A DNA stretch of 64,000 nt from the NCBI GenBank assembly GCA_030390025.1, contig CM059432.1, positions 39,806,001-39,870,000 of the forward strand. The letters are read 5' to 3'. This DNA comes from Squalus acanthias. Lineage: Eukaryota. This document shows, piece by piece, positions 38,188 to 50,210 of this stretch (positions are counted from its first letter, which is position 1; each line of letters opens with the position of its first letter). The position numbers were made by a program, and so were the translations under genes. The notes beneath the pieces are model-generated. The model was not told the origin of the DNA. It worked only from the letters and a program-made list of their open reading frames with translations, and ran no database searches.

Positions 38188-38326
38188 TCTGACGAAAGGT
38201 CATCGACCTGAAATGTTAACTCTGTTTCTCTCTCCACAGATACTGATGCTGCCTGGCCTGTTGAGTATTTTCAGCATTTTCTGTTTATATTTCAGATTTC
38301 CAGCATCCGCAGTATTTTGCCTTTGT
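38188..38326 (+). mobile_element. Penelope-like pLTR insertion with hammerhead motif
   Basis: TSD agtgaagctttgt / agtaaagctttgt; CTGACGA-A-AGGTC-atc-GACCT-GAAA-TGTT. Confidence 0.85.
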
Positions 38327-39104
38327 AGTAAAGCTTTGTAGTTGCACAAGGGTATGCACGTGGGTGGATGAGAAAATGTTACTTTGCTAAGTTTCCGTTC
38401 TTTAGTAGAATCACGTAAAATTTATTACTTTGCTCCACTTCCCTGTGTTGCCCATTCTGTGAGGTGTGCTCACTCCCCAGGCGGCACTGAGCACACATGG
38501 TATGCAAAAGCTCACTTCAAAGTCAGTGCTTTACTCCTATACAAATACATTTTGATCGCAATACAAGTAGAAATCACTGATCACAGCCTCCTGGTTTTGT
38601 CCCAAAATTTAGCAAATTAAGGCAAAGTTCTTGGTAATGTGCAAAAATACAGGGGTCTCACATCCAAAGGAAGTTCAGGACACTCATATTAAATTGATCA
38701 AATTGTTTTCATTGTGAAAGGCACCATTTATTTTTAGAATCCTAGATTTTAACGTCAAAGGGTTGAAGAGACCAGCAAGCACCCCCATATTTTAAATCCT
38801 GTGGATGCTTGGCAACCTGATACAAGTGAGATACACATTTGATCTCCTTTGTTCCTAGTTGCACAAAGGGATGGACAGCATATGTTGGACAGCTGTGCCC
38901 CGGATGCATCAGTTCTTCTAACACTGTCGAGATTCGTTGTTGGAGACTCCATGGGCCCAAAGAAAATGCACATACAAGTTATATTACAGGCCAGATCCAG
39001 GTCCCGTATTACTGACTGAATTAACAAAGGATCATGTAATTTGTTATTTTTGTATCAAGGAGGTAAAGTTCTGTAAACTACTGATCGGCAGCCCATCTAC
39101 CGCC

Positions 39105-39465
39105 AGCACACTGTCTACTATCCACAGGATACACTGGAGCAACTCGCCAAGGCTTAATTGACAGCACCTCCCAAACTCATGACCTCCTCCACCTAGAAGG
39201 ACAAGATGTAGGAGAACACCATCACCTCCAAGTACCCCTCCAAATCACCCACCAACCCAACTTGGACACATATCACTGTTCCTTTCTTGTCGCTGGGTCA
39301 AAATCCTGGAAATCCTTTACCTAACAGCACTGTGGGAGTCCCATTACCACACACACTGCAGCAGTTCAAGAAGGCGGTTTGCCACCACCTTCTCAAGGGC
39401 AATTAGGGATGGGCAATAACTGCCAGCCTTCCTAGCGACGCCCACATCCTGAGAATGAATTTTTT
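39105..39465 (+). mobile_element. 3' end of a CR1/L2-group LINE
   Basis: Same family as the minus-strand pieces at 55094-55785 and 58365-58770. Confidence 0.75.
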
Positions 39466-39503
39466 AAAATCTGCTGTATAATCTCGTTACTGCTTATTGT
39501 TAC

Positions 39504-39598
39504 TTTTAATGAACCTATTCCATGGTTAAAACCTAAACTACAATCTGTCCGCTTTCCGAACTCTACATCATCATGAGGGCTCGTGTCTATCCATTGAG
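39504..39598 (-). pseudogene. Candidate exon of unidentified host gene
   Basis: ctgtatttag acceptor; QWIDTSPHDDVEFGKRTDCSLGFNHGIGSLK; donor uncertain. Confidence 0.3.
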
Positions 39599-40099
39599 CT
39601 AAATACAGTAACAAGCGTTTCTACTTAACCCCTAGGCAATGCTATGTTATCAGATATTCTGCATGCAAGGTCACACTTCAGTCCACATGGATCAAGAACT
39701 CACTAACAAGAGTGATCCTTGACACTGAACAAAGATCTGAGTAACATTCCAAAAAGTAACAGTATAGCAAAAGTGGTGGGTTTTAAATGTGGTGGTGGAG
39801 AAGCACATGCACATACCCTGTGCTTACAAATAACGTCACTGAGGGGTAGCAAATATATGAAAAATAAGAGGGGACAAAGGATTGAATCTTATGGGCACAC
39901 CAGAAGTGACTGTGCAAAGCACGGGGAAGAAAGCTATTACAAGAAGTGTGCTGGCTACATTTGAGCAGCTAGGAATCAGACAATCCGAGAGTGATCCCAA
40001 GTGGTGGACCACACAGAAAGATGATGTGGAGGATGGAGTGGTGAACCAAGGTGTATTGAACCTAATCTGCTTCATTTGGTTTTTCACTTTCACCAAATA

Positions 40100-40390
40100 G
40101 GACATTTATTTGATTCAAATTGCCTGTATGTAGAGTGAAACCTGCTGAAACAGGCCTACTCATGTATTTGTTGGATGGCTGGGGTGGGGGTGGGGAGGGG
40201 GCGGTGAAGAAATGTTTCAGGATTTGTTCCGGGACTTGTGCTACCTACTGATTTGTGAATGTCAACTAGTGTCCATGTGAACAAGTCCTGAACATTTCTC
40301 CCACCCCACCCCCACCCCAACAAACACACGAGTTGGCCTGTTTCAGCAGGCTTCACTATACACAGGCAATTTGAATCAAATAAATGTTCC
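40100..40390. repeat. Fold-back element with ~130-bp imperfect inverted arms
   Basis: acatttatttgattcaaattgcctgt...cctgctgaaacaggcc mirrored by ggcctgtttcagcagg...acaggcaatttgaatcaaataaatgt. Confidence 0.85.
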
Positions 40391-40469
40391 ATGGACAATA
40401 GCATTTTAAGTACACATTACTTAGTTACAGAGTTATAAATCACTGAACCAGGTAACACGACACATACTC

Positions 40470-40913
40470 TTTACTGCCTGGTGAGAATACAGCTAAAGAG
40501 ATATTTTCAGGCTCCAATCTAATTATACCATGCAGGCTGACCTGCAAGCTGTCAAACTCTGTCATAAAAGCTCTGGCAAAAAATGTTTTCTTCCAACCCC
40601 GTCCATCACCTTTGGGAGGTAAATAATCAGGAGTAACCATCACACAACTGTCAGAAATCATGGTATCATCAACAAATAGTGCTCCTTAGCAGTAAGATTT
40701 CTGTTTTGTCAGTGTACTTCACAAATGAGCTGCTTAATCCTATTCTCTTGCATTACTTCATCAGAACATCGTTCATTAGAGGCACAGCAGGTTTCTTGAG
40801 AAAGCTTTTTTCTCAGGATTAGTTGGAACATGTCTCTGGTATTTTGAAATGCTCTGTCCCATAGTCTTAAGATCTGCTTTCTTTCCTAAGCCATTATGTC
40901 ATTTTTGCCTTTC
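40470..40913 (-). pseudogene. Candidate large decayed exon of unidentified host gene
   Basis: ttctacaccttgctgcag acceptor; KGKNDIMA*ERKQILRLWDRAFQNTRDMFQLILRKK...RIKQLICEVH*QNRNL, frameshift, DYLPPKGDGRGWKKTFFARAFMTEFDSLQVSLHG; 3' end approximate. Confidence 0.45.
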
Positions 40914-41320
40914 CTGCAGCAAGGTGTAGAATATGAAAGATATCAATTTGAAATTATTGAGGACAGACATATAAAGCACATTAATGCTATCCTATAAACT
41001 ACCTCTCACCAGCAGAATAAGTCACCTTGAAAAATATATTTTAAATTAGGCTTAAAACAAAATGAACTGAACAACAATGTGATATTTTTAATTTTCTTAA
41101 AGGTGTGCATCAAGTAGGAGGATAGCAACAACTTATATTTTTATAGCGCTGTTAACATAATAAAACGTCATAAATTTCTTCACTGTTTACATCCTGACAG
41201 TATCAAGCATGTCCTGGTCAGATATAATAAGTTTCATGCAGAGTAAAACTCCATCCTCAACAGATCTCGGGAGTGAAATGGTCGGGTGAGATTCAGCGGT
41301 AGTGGAAAATGGATATAACG

Positions 41321-41725
41321 GCCCTAACATTAACGGGTAGGCAGGAAGGGTGTGCAGGTGCCCGGTAGCGGGCAAAAAAACCCAGCAAATCCAGGGATGT
41401 GGAGGCCCTGCCAATCTTAATGGCAGGGCCTTATTTAAATAACTCACTGCAGACTCCCAGACGGCCAGATTGATTGCCTAGCCAGCAGGTGGGAACAGAA
41501 ATTAGCAGCAAGAGACCACAACCGGAGACCCGTGGGAATGGTTCCCGGCAGTCAGTAGGGGAGGGAAGGCTCCGGGCCGCTATCGGAGTAGGGGGGTTGC
41601 GGGTGGAGCCTGAAAGAGCAGAATTTTTTGCGGCGGTCAGGAATGGGGTCGGGTTGCTCAATCCCGCTATTTTAACCACGATCCTCTCCGGCCTGTCGGG
41701 TTGGGTTGGGTTAAAATAAAGGCCA
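41321..41725. mobile_element. Harbinger-like MITE (5728 family)
   Basis: ggccctaacatt...aaaataaaggcc ends and shared internal block. Confidence 0.55.
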
Positions 41726-42111
41726 ATGAAGTAGCAACCCATTTTAAAACCCACAGAATTTTCTTTTCCACAAGTTCACCCCGAGCTCAACTCTAACCTC
41801 AGAAGAATCCCTTGGAATATTTCATAGAATCATAGAAATTTACAGCACAGAAGGAGGCCATTCAGCCCATCATGTCTGTGCCGGCCAAAAAAGAGCTACC
41901 CAGCCTAATCCCACTTTCCAGCTCTTGGTCCATAGCCCCGTAAGTTACGGCACTTCAAGTGCATATCCAAATACTTTTTAAATGCGATGAGGTTTTCTAC
42001 CTCTACCACCCTCTCAGGCAGTGAGTTCCAGACCCCCACCACCCTCTGGGTGAAAAAATTTCTCTTCAACTCTGTTCTAATCCTTCTGCAAATTATGTAA
42101 AATCTATGCCC

Positions 42112-43729
42112 TGTAGAATTCGCAATATATCGCGATTTTATTTTAATAAGGAGAAAACACAAAGTTTCGTTCAAACAGCTTTTATTTCAGCAGAATGCTG
42201 CCAGGTTGTTCAAAGTGGACACAAGCAGCCTGTAAAATGGCCGCCGCACCTCGTGACAGAACATTCTAGACTTTTCAACAGGCAGACAAGATGGCGTTCC
42301 AATAAACATTTGTGCAAGATCGATTAAGATTCAGCACAGTGAAGATAATACACGAGACATTATGGGTTTGCAGTATACACATAAATACTGAAATCGGTCT
42401 CCCAGGTACGAATGAAAGCTATTGTACCGAGTAATCAAGGGCCCATCCAAAAGACATTAATATGTAAAATCCCAACGACTCTACGATGAGAGAGCCGTTA
42501 GCAGGTAGTTATACAAAACACTTGGAAGCCCCACGACCCCTCCAGGGAGAACACCGACCGATTTAACAATGGGAGAAATATTAACAGGTACTCAGACATT
42601 TTCGAGTAGCCCCGAAACCCATTAAGAACGGAGATCACCCATACAAGACATTTGAGCGTCAGACCCTAACAAAAGAATGGACATTAAGGTTGGGCGGGAA
42701 ACGGAAGATTTTGCACTATAATTGCAGGCTCCAAACCGTCCATCTTGCTCTTATTCGTAACCTCGTGGCTGCTCCTGTGTACTCGTAGTCGGGCTCCTGC
42801 TTGCCTGGTGCCTCTTTGAAAAGGACTGTTGAACTTTCTGATCCGTTCGGATCTACCTCGTGTCACGTAACGAAGACCTATGTTGGTAACTGGCAGCGGA
42901 ACCAAAGGCCCGAGATGAGATGAGATGAGAAGAGAGGAAGACCATATTCATCGCCACGGTCAGTAAATCCCGACCGCGCCTGTAGGTCGAATAGCCAAGT
43001 TTTCCTTGCCAGGGAGACTTCTTCGAACTTGCAAAGAACAATATCATCATCGATGATATTGACTAATCTGTGAACTGTGCTCGAAAGTACCTGTTAAACC
43101 AACCAACACAGGTCTTCATCACAGCAGACGGTCCAGCCTGCTAGCCGGAGCAGCAGAAGCAAGTAAACAAGTGGGACCAGGAGATCTCCTGACCGACACG
43201 TGGGTGCTGTGGTGAAAAACATCCGATCAGCTATTCGGAATTTCTCCGAGTTATCACGAGTGGTGAGCATGAGTCTCGAAATCCTACGAATCTAGTTAGG
43301 ATAGATATTGATAGGGGAGGGTTTAAGTATTAAGGATACTTGTAATGTGTGCCCCTATTTACGGTGTGTCGTTCGTTCCTCGTTTCCCTAGGATCAGCTA
43401 TATAACTGCTTGTAAGATTGTACTGTCATTAATCTGTGCTTATGACATGTATTTCATAATCTTAAATATCATGCAATAAAGATTTTCCATTTCGTACCAT
43501 TCAACCGAGTCTACATGAGTTTCATCTCCATTACTGCTCTCGCATCTAAGTCCAGTGTCTAGAACCGTAAGGGCGAGTGATTCGAACCACTCACAGGTGT
43601 GTCTAGTGTTCCCAGACTGGCTGGAGACCAGAACAGGCAACAAGGCCTAGACCCGCACTGACATACAGGCTGCACAGAGCCGCGTGAATCTCACAGGCTG
43701 CGAGACACGCAGGGTCAGAATCCCTTACA
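42112..43729 (+). mobile_element. Solo LTR, 1618 bp
   Basis: TGTAG...TTACA, 4-bp TSD GCCC, splits the CR1 cleanly; GC box and TATA-like motif ~42692-42721, AATAAA ~43474; strand inferred. Confidence 0.88.
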
Positions 43730-45120
43730 GCCCCCTGGTTATTGACCTCTCCGCTAAGGGAAATAGGTCCTTCCTATCCACTCTATCTAGGCCCCTCATA
43801 ATTTTATACACCTCAATTAAATCTCCCCTCAGCTTCCTATGTTACAAAGAAAACAACCCCAGCATATCCAATCTTTCCTCATAGCTAAAATTCTCCAGTC
43901 CTGGCAACATCCTCGTAAATCTCCTCTGTACCCTCTCTAGTGCAATCACATCTTTGTTGTAATGTGGTGACCAGAACTGTACACAGTACTCTAGCTGTGG
44001 CCTAACTAGTGTTTTATACAGTTCTAGCATAACCCCCCTGCTCTTATATTCTATGCCTCGGCAAATAAAGGAAAGTAAGCCAAATGCTTTCTTAATCACC
44101 TTATCTACCTGTCCTGCTACCTTCAGGGATCTGTGGACATGCACTCCAAGGTCTCTCTGTTCCTCTACCTTCTCAGTATCCTACCATTTATTGTGTATTC
44201 CCTTGCCTTGTTAGCCCTCCCCAAATGCATTACCTCACACTTCTCCGGATTGAATTCCATTTGCCACTTTTCTGCCCACCTGACCAGTCCATTGATATCT
44301 TTCTGCAGTCTACAGCTTTCTTCCTCACTATCAATCACACGGCCAATTTTTGTCTCATCTGCAAACTTCTTAATCATGCCCCCTACATTGAAGTCTAAAT
44401 CATTGACATATACGAAAAGCAAGAGACCTAGTACTGAGCCCTGAGGAACCCCACTGGAAACAATCTTCCAGTCACCAAAACACCGGTCGACCATTACCCT
44501 TCGCTTCCTGCCACTGAGCCAATTTTGGATCCAACTTGCCACTTTCCCTTGGATCCCATGGGTTTTTACTTTTCAGTCATGTAGGACCTTGTCAAAAGCC
44601 TTGTTAAAATCCATGTAGACTACATCAAACGCGCTGCCCTCATTGACCCTCCTTGTGACCTCCTCAAAAAATTCAATCAAGTTCGTCAGACACGACAGTT
44701 CCTTAACAAATCCATGCTGACTGTCCTTGATTAATCCGTGCCTTTCTAAATGGTAATTAATACTGGCCCTCAGAATTTTTTTCCAATAATTTGCCCACCA
44801 CCAAGGTTAGGCTGATTGGCTTGTAATTACTTGGTCCATCCCTTTCTCCCTTTTTCAACAATGGCACAACGTTAGCTGTCCTCCAGTCCTCCGGCACCAC
44901 ACCTGTAGCCAGAGAGGATTGGAAAATGATGGTCAGAGCCTCCACTATTTCCTCCCTTGCTTCTCTTAACAGCCTGGAATAGATTTCATCTGGGCCTGGC
45001 GATTTATCTACTTTCAAAGATGCTAAATCCCTTAATACTTCCTCTCTCACTACGTTTATCTCATCTAATATTTCACTACAATGTCTGCATCGTCCCTCTC
45101 TTTTGTGAAGACAGACACTA

Positions 45121-45985
45121 GGGACGCGATCTTACCTTTCGGTGTGCGTTGGGAGCGGGTCAGCTGACTTGCGGGTTCCGATCCCGCCCCCAACAATGCC
45201 CATAATTTTACATCAATTGGCCTTGTTAAGCCCGCCCTGCGGGCTTACCAGCCAATTAAGAGAAAGCTGGTGTCAGATGACGTCAGTTGATGACACGTCA
45301 TCTGCCGGTTTTCTTAAAGGGGACACGCTAATTTTTTATTGACAGTCGATTTTTCAGTGTTTGACAGCATTGAGGTGCTGCAAATACTGCCAATCACTGT
45401 ACAAAGGTGAGCCTTTGTATCTAGGCTCTCCAGAGACTCTCTCCTTAGGATAAAACAGATGGCAGCTGCAGGTGAGGTTACAGAAGCGATCTGTCACTGG
45501 TGAGAGAGGTTCTCCCAATGAGGTGGGACTACACAAACACTTCAAACCTTATTACCTACAGAAAAGTCTAAATACATTAAAAATGATTTTCCCAACATTT
45601 TCTTACCTCTGAAACTCACCAGTGTACCATTGGATCCTTCACACCACTTCTGCAGCTGTCATCAATGAAGAAACATTACAGTAGACCCACAGCATGCCGC
45701 ACTTACCCTGGTGTGGTGTCCAGATGTCGGGAAGCCCGCAGTCGCCCTGGCAAAATTGAAAAAAGCCTCTTAACTGCCTGTTAACTACCTGTTAACAGGC
45801 AGTTAAGTGCCTATAATCCTCTTCCCGCCGCTAGGTGTCGGGTCCCTGCACAAATCGGGGACCCGACATTTGGGAAGATTGTATGAGGCGGGTTGAGAGC
45901 AGGTTCAGGACCCGCTGTCAATCTTTGCAATTTTGCCAGCAGTTCCGCCTCCAAATCCGCCCCGAGCGCCGGCAAAATTCCCCCC
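45121..45985. mobile_element. Non-autonomous Harbinger-derived element inside CR1
   Basis: Interrupts gtgaagacagac|aaagtattcattaag; GGG...CCC ends; related to the 28672 and 20861 elements. Confidence 0.75.
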
Positions 45986-47104
45986 AAAGTATTCATTAAG
46001 AACCATACCCATGTCTTCCACCTCCACACACAGGTTACCTTTTTGGTCTCTAATAGGCCTTACTCTTTCTTTAGTTATCCTCTTGCTCTTTATGTATTTA
46101 TAAAACATCTTTGGGTTTTCCTTGATGTTACTTGCCAATATTTTTTCATGCCCTCTCTTTGTTTTCTTAATTTCCTTTTTAATTTCACCCCTGCACTTTC
46201 TATACTCCTCTAGGCTTTCTGCAGTATTTAGCTCTCAGTATCTGACATAAGCTTCCCTTTTTTGCCTTATCTTATCATCTCATTCTTGAATGTCTCCCAC
46301 TGATCTGACACTAATTTACCTTCAAGTAGCTGCTTCCAGTCCATTTTTGCTAAATCACATCTCAGCTTAGTAAAATTGGCCTTTCCCCAATTGAGAACAT
46401 TTACTCCTGGTCTATCTTGATCCTTGACCACTAGCACCAAAATGCTCTCCCACTGATATCCCTTCCACCTGCCCAGCTTCATTCCCTAAAACTAAGTCCA
46501 GAACCACCTCCTCTCTTGTTGGACTTGCTGGCTAAAAAAGTTCTCCTGAATGCATTTTAAGAATTATGTACCCTCTATACCTTTTACACTGATTCTATCC
46601 CAGTTAATATTAGAGTAGTTGAAATCCCCTACTATTACTGCCCTATTGTTTTTGCACTTCTCAGAAATTTGCCTACATATTTGCTCTTCTATCTCCCTCT
46701 GACTGTTTGGAGGTCTATAGTACACTCCCAGCAGTGTGATTGCCCCTTTTTTGTTCTTCAGTTCAACCCATAGGGCCTCATTTGATGATCCTTCTAAAAT
46801 ATCATCCCTCCTCACAGCTGTAATTGTTTCTTTAACCAATATTGCTACCCCCCCCCCTCCTTTTTTATCCCCTTCTCTATCTCGTCTGAAAGCCCTGTTA
46901 CCAGGAATGTTGAGCTGCCATTCCTGCCCTTTAAGCCACGTTTCAGTACTAGCTACGATATCATATTTCCACACGTCTATCTGTGCCCTCAGCTCATCTG
47001 CCTTATTTACTAGACTCCTTGCATTGAAGTATATACCATTAAGCACTGCCAAATCCCTTTGTTGTCTATTTTCTAGCCTTTGTTTTTGCTACCTTCGAAA
47101 CTTG

Positions 47105-47237
47105 TTCCGACGAAGGATCATCAACCTGAAACGTTAACCCTGTTTCTCTTTCCACAGATGCTGCCTGACCTGCTGAGTATTTCCAGCATTTTCTGTTTTT
47201 ATTTCAGATTTCCAGCATCTGCAGTATTTTGCTTTAG
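47105..47237 (+). mobile_element. Penelope-like pLTR fragment with degenerate hammerhead
   Basis: ccgacgaaggatcatcaacctgaaacgttaac followed by the conserved pLTR tail. Confidence 0.8.
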
Positions 47238-47884
47238 TTTCACTTTCTAATTTACTGCCTTCCATTTCCAGCTTGCATTCTCTCCCTTCTGAATCTATGC
47301 TCAGGTTCCCATCCACCTGCCAAGCTTGTTTAAACTCTCCCCAACAGCACCAGCAAACCTCCCCTACATATTTCCTACATATGCCATCCTTGCAGTTTGA
47401 CTGAGTGTGTCAATTGGTGCCAATTTGTGAGCAGTTTTCTGCAGATTGATGCCCATTAAGAAATGGGTCACAGTGAAGACTTTCATCCCATCAGGTTGGG
47501 CAGGATTTGACTCCTGTCCCAGAGATGAAAGCAGTTCAGAAACCAATTCCATCACCCAGTTGCCCAGCAATTAACTTTTTAAAACTGAAGTTTGTTCACT
47601 GCACAATAGGAAACTAAAACATATACCATTTAAAAAAAATTAGAATGGAATTGCCACAGGTGTTTTCCCGATCCCCTGCTGTAACTTCGGTGGGGGTTCG
47701 GAGGAAGCCCTGAAGAAGCGGTGTCAACGGTTGTTTATGCCATTTCTTTGTGATTTCCACTGATTTCCCAGTGACAATAGCAGATTTTAACTATACAGTG
47801 GTCAAACTGCAGTTGAACAATTGCTTGTGTTGATAAATGAAACTAAAATTTTGCCCAGCACTGTTACTCAGGGGTGAATAGATT

Positions 47885-48068
47885 TACCTCTCTCTCCTCC
47901 TTTAAGTCGCTCTTTAAGGCCTACGCCTTTGACCAAGCTTTTGGCCACCTGCCATATATCTCTTTATGTGGCTCAGTGTCAAATTGTGTTTGATAACGCT
48001 CCTGTGAAGCGCCTTGGTATGTTTTACTATGTTAAAGGCACCATGTAAATACAAGTCATTGTTGTTGA
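47885..48068 (+). mobile_element. L2 3' tail
   Basis: Matches ~1500-1647. Confidence 0.7.
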
Positions 48069-48608
48069 AACATTGTACAAATTAATTTATTCATTCCTAC
48101 TGAAGGTAGTATCAAATTTCAATCAATTGGATGCAGGAACATGATTTAGAACTCATTGTTTTTAAATATTCTGCTTTTTGGCACTCTATTTAGAGAAATA
48201 CCATTAAAGCTATAGAGAGCCTACAGCATAAATTCACCAGGATGATGCCAGAGATGGAGAATTATAGTTATTAGAAAAGATACAAGATACTGGGACTATT
48301 TCCACTGGAGCACAGAGGCTGAAAGCACATTTTATACAGTTTTTAAAAAAATGAATGAATGAAGGTTTTTCATAGAGTGAATAGGGAAAGATTAATTCCT
48401 CTTGTTGGGGAGTCAGTGGCAAAGGGTCATCAATTTAAAACTGTCATTTTTTTTGATTTCTTTAATAACTTTGAATAAAACAAAGGGAAACTCTAAACTA
48501 AATTATAATATTAAGGGAGTGAGAGCGGTTAGGAGAAATTTCTTTGCAGAGGATTGTTGGACAATGGAATGCTTTGACACAGAGGGTGCTTAAGGCAGAG
48601 AAAATTGT

Positions 48609-49406
48609 GGGGTAGAGGTTCCGCCATTAATATCAGTGCAATCTGGGCAGAATTGGCCAAACCAGCATAAACAATCGGAGAATTTTACGCTGGTTTAAGA
48701 TTCAATTTGGCTGGCCCATAAAACTAGCCACGCTCCCAGGTCAAAATTGAGAGATTCTGCTGATTGCGCTGGTTAGGGAAGGCTCTTCAAATTGCGCTCA
48801 TTTTCTTAGATGCACAGGCACTAAGGTGCATTTTAAAAAGGTTTTTTACATCAAAAAATATTTAATTTACTAAGAACCTGACTCGTGTACACCAATGAAG
48901 CTATTAAATGGTTCCCTATGAAGTAATTTTTAGTGATTTAAATCAGGTTACTCACTGGACACTTAATAAAAATGTTTATTTTTTGTGATTAAACCCATTT
49001 TCAGCTGTATTAATAAAACTGCACCAGGTTACCAATGTTCTCTCTCATTTTTTTTCCGTGCACGGTCCCTTTAAATTTGCTGCAGCGGCTGAGCAAGCGC
49101 AGTATCTCTTCCAGCGGCAGGAGCTGGGGAGAGGCCTGCGCAGGCCCTCGCAACTGGTGTGCAGCCGCGCACCTTAGGGGGAACACACATGTTAATCACT
49201 CTTAAATACATCAAGGCATACTTTTTAAATTGGAAAGGAAAAAAGAAACAATTACGTTCTATTACACTGCCAGATTGCTGGTTCACTGAAGATTTTACGT
49301 CTGCGATTATGCAGATAGATTTGGATCAGAAACTTGAACTGAAACCTAAACCAGCGCAATTTTGGGCGCGATTTCCCGATGGCACCCAAAGTGGAAATTC
49401 TACCCC
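48609..49406. mobile_element. Harbinger-like MITE inside an old CR1 3' fragment (~48200-49575)
   Basis: TIR GGGGTAGAGGTTCC / GGAAATTCTACCCC; flanks TGT/TAT. Confidence 0.75.
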
Positions 49407-49726
49407 TATATCTTTTATGGGGAAATTATACAAATATTTAAAGCAGAGGAAAATACAAGGCTATGGGGCGACAGCGGTGCTTGAACAAAAGTTTTGAATT
49501 GCTCCAGCAAACAGTCGGCTCAGGCACGATGGGCTCTTTGGTCTATTTCTGAGCTGTAAACCTCGGTGGTTTCTATATTGTGGGAGTGCTCGTCGGAGCG
49601 GTGACGAAATCTAATGTATTTACTGAATTTCTGCGCCCTTTGCAGTTTCGGCTCTAACGCCGGGAAAGTATTTCTCATTGTTGCTGTGTATTTCCAAATA
49701 CTTCCTCGAATTCTGAAGGTTGTTAC

Positions 49727-49798
49727 TTGCTCCCTCGAAGGACAGTGTCAAAGTGATTGTCTTCCACGTCAAACATGTGTAGAAATCCATGTTTAATT
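49727..49798 (-). pseudogene. Candidate exon of unidentified host gene
   Basis: 72 nt, phase 2/2, IKHGFLHMFDVEDNHFDTVLRGS; phase-compatible with 54611-54742 and 40913; may be longer. Confidence 0.35.
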
Positions 49799-50210
49799 CT
49801 AAACTGGGTTAATTTAGATATATTTGCACTTTTACCAACTCGTAACACTCAAAGGGGTAGAAATTAGGTCGCGCCCCATTTGGGGCGCAAATATCGTCCG
49901 CGCGCAAATATTAGCGCCTGGCGCTAATTATCGGCACTGACAGGAAACTTCACTTTTACCGCCCCGGGAGGTGAGTGGAGCGCTAAATTAGGCGCTGCAC
50001 ACCTCTCTTAAGGCGCAAAGGCCTAGGAGTGAGGCGCTAACTCAGCGCACGAGCGCAGCGCAGCTGCTGCCAGTTAGCGCGGGAACACAGACACACTGGC
50101 GCCGGACACTTCTTAAAGCGGGGGGGGCCACTTGCTCCCCAGCCACACCCTGCTCATTGCAGCCTTGAATCACAGCCTGGAGAGACCTGTAATCCATTTT
50201 GCTGCCAAGC

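Larger units (their letters stand above)
35814..38360 (+). mobile_element. Degenerate Harbinger relic: 3-exon Myb/SANT gene remnant
   Basis: RSRTEILF...KKGWLDVA*EVSSRS...LQ*RKRFNYLTRSGK (exon 1); ttgcag acceptor ~36617; exon 3 within ORF 36839..37528 resumes after the LTR. Confidence 0.75.
41823..47363 (-). mobile_element. CR1 LINE (ORF1 end, endonuclease, RT, 3' tail) with three nested insertions
   Basis: ORFs 46564..47052 (endonuclease), 44757..45050, 44165..44542 ([13 protein letters not shown]), 43842..44144; catagaatcatagaa tail. Confidence 0.95.
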
